DNA of 58,310 nucleotides, taken from IMG/VR virus record IMGVR_UViG_2061766007_003026. The stretch is one strand, 5' to 3'. Within the stretch, counting starts at the first letter, position 1, and every line of letters begins with the position of its first letter. Below the pieces are notes generated by a model. That model saw only the letters and a list, made by a program, of their open reading frames with translations. It was not told the DNA's origin and made no database searches. Below are positions 57,695 to 58,310 of the stretch, in pieces. This DNA is from an uncultured virus (IMG/VR IMGVR_UViG_2061766007_003026) (Duplodnaviria; Heunggongvirae; Uroviricota; Caudoviricetes). Position numbers and translations under genes: made by a program.

Positions 57695-58170
57695 AGCAGT
57701 CGCATGCGGAAGGCGAACCGTATCCAGGGGTGACGGATTCCGGGGTCGGTCAAGCAAGGACCGGGGGAGTGCCGTCACGCGGGACCCCGGCAGGGAAGTG
57801 CTTCTCCCACCGTAGGGCCCCGGTGCCTTACGGCGGGTCGTGCTGGGGTAACAGTCTTCCACGTCGCGTGGCCTATACGTCCCGGGGGTTCTTGAGTGGA
57901 CGTGGCCGGATTGCTTCCCGCGCGGGATGCGCCTGCTCTCGAGTTTGACGACACCGGGGGTTCCTGGAATGGGGACTTTGCCCGGCGTCGGACGTGTATA
58001 GCCGCCAATGGCCCGTTCCTCTTATAGACGAACCTCACTACGGGCCGGCGGCACCTTTCTGCGGGTGCCCGGGTATTTCAGTGTCCATTCGCACCGGGCG
58101 CCCGCGTGCAGTCTACGGTATCCCGGGAAGGGTTATACGGGCGTTCTCCCGACCCGGGATGCCGATTCGG
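57695..58170 (+). ncRNA. candidate large structured ncRNA
   Basis: no credible ORF; dense stems; lies between two tRNAs. Confidence 0.5.
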
Positions 58171-58174
58171 TTTC

Positions 58175-58249
58175 GCCCCCGTAGCTCAGTTGGATTAGAG
58201 TGCCACCCTCCGAAGGTGGAGGTCATGGGTTCGAGTCCCATCGGGGACA
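58175..58249 (+). tRNA. tRNA-Arg(CCG)
   Basis: CCACC-CTCCGAA-GGTGG, GGTTCGAGTCC. Confidence 0.9.
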
Positions 58250-58258
58250 TACGGTATT

Positions 58259-58310
58259 CGGAGTGTAGCTCAGCCTGGTAGAGCGTCTGCTTTGGGAGCA
58301 GAATGTCGTC
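58259..58310 (+). tRNA. tRNA-Pro(TGG), truncated by window end
   Basis: CGGAGTGTAGCTCAGCCTGGTAGAGC, TCTGC-TTTGGGA-GCAGA. Confidence 0.88.

Noticed and set aside
57695..58170. tmRNA or RNase P RNA
   Set aside because: No tRNA-Ala-like ends and no GAGGAAAGUCC motif.

Overview
Gapped, apparently strain-mixed scaffold of a large dsDNA phage or phage-like element. Strong AAGGAG ribosome-binding sites combined with TTTGCTATATTTG (TAnnTTTG-type) promoters suggest a Fibrobacter-like host (inference). No capsid, terminase, integrase or polymerase gene is visible. Positions 1-36 kb are a + strand array of ~60 mostly small accessory genes. Most genes or small operons are preceded by one of ~48 copies of a fixed-length ~47-bp GC-rich element (CCACCGGG-N5-CCCGGGGA...CCGG-N-AGGNAAC; AGG 40 nt after CCACC in every copy measured; ATG usually 69-73 nt downstream). 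Many are followed by a CCTCCCGGG/CCCGGGAGG hairpin. The element splits two normally single genes (DUF262-HNH nuclease; large N6-adenine methyltransferase), bounds an allelic slot holding two alternative R-M-like modules, and leaves empty and truncated cassettes, which points to a repeat-driven gene-cassette system. An origin-like locus with a GC-skew switch lies at ~27 kb. The array ends with FtsK-like, RadC-like and sigma-70-family genes. 39.8-56.3 kb is a - strand block (DUF932, HAD hydrolase, MoxR AAA + VWA, PQ-loop protein, CCA-adding enzyme, two IscB copies). 56.4-58.3 kb holds six tRNAs, a PTH2 peptidyl-tRNA hydrolase and a ~480-nt structured non-coding region. Family calls come from motif recognition only; no database searches were run.
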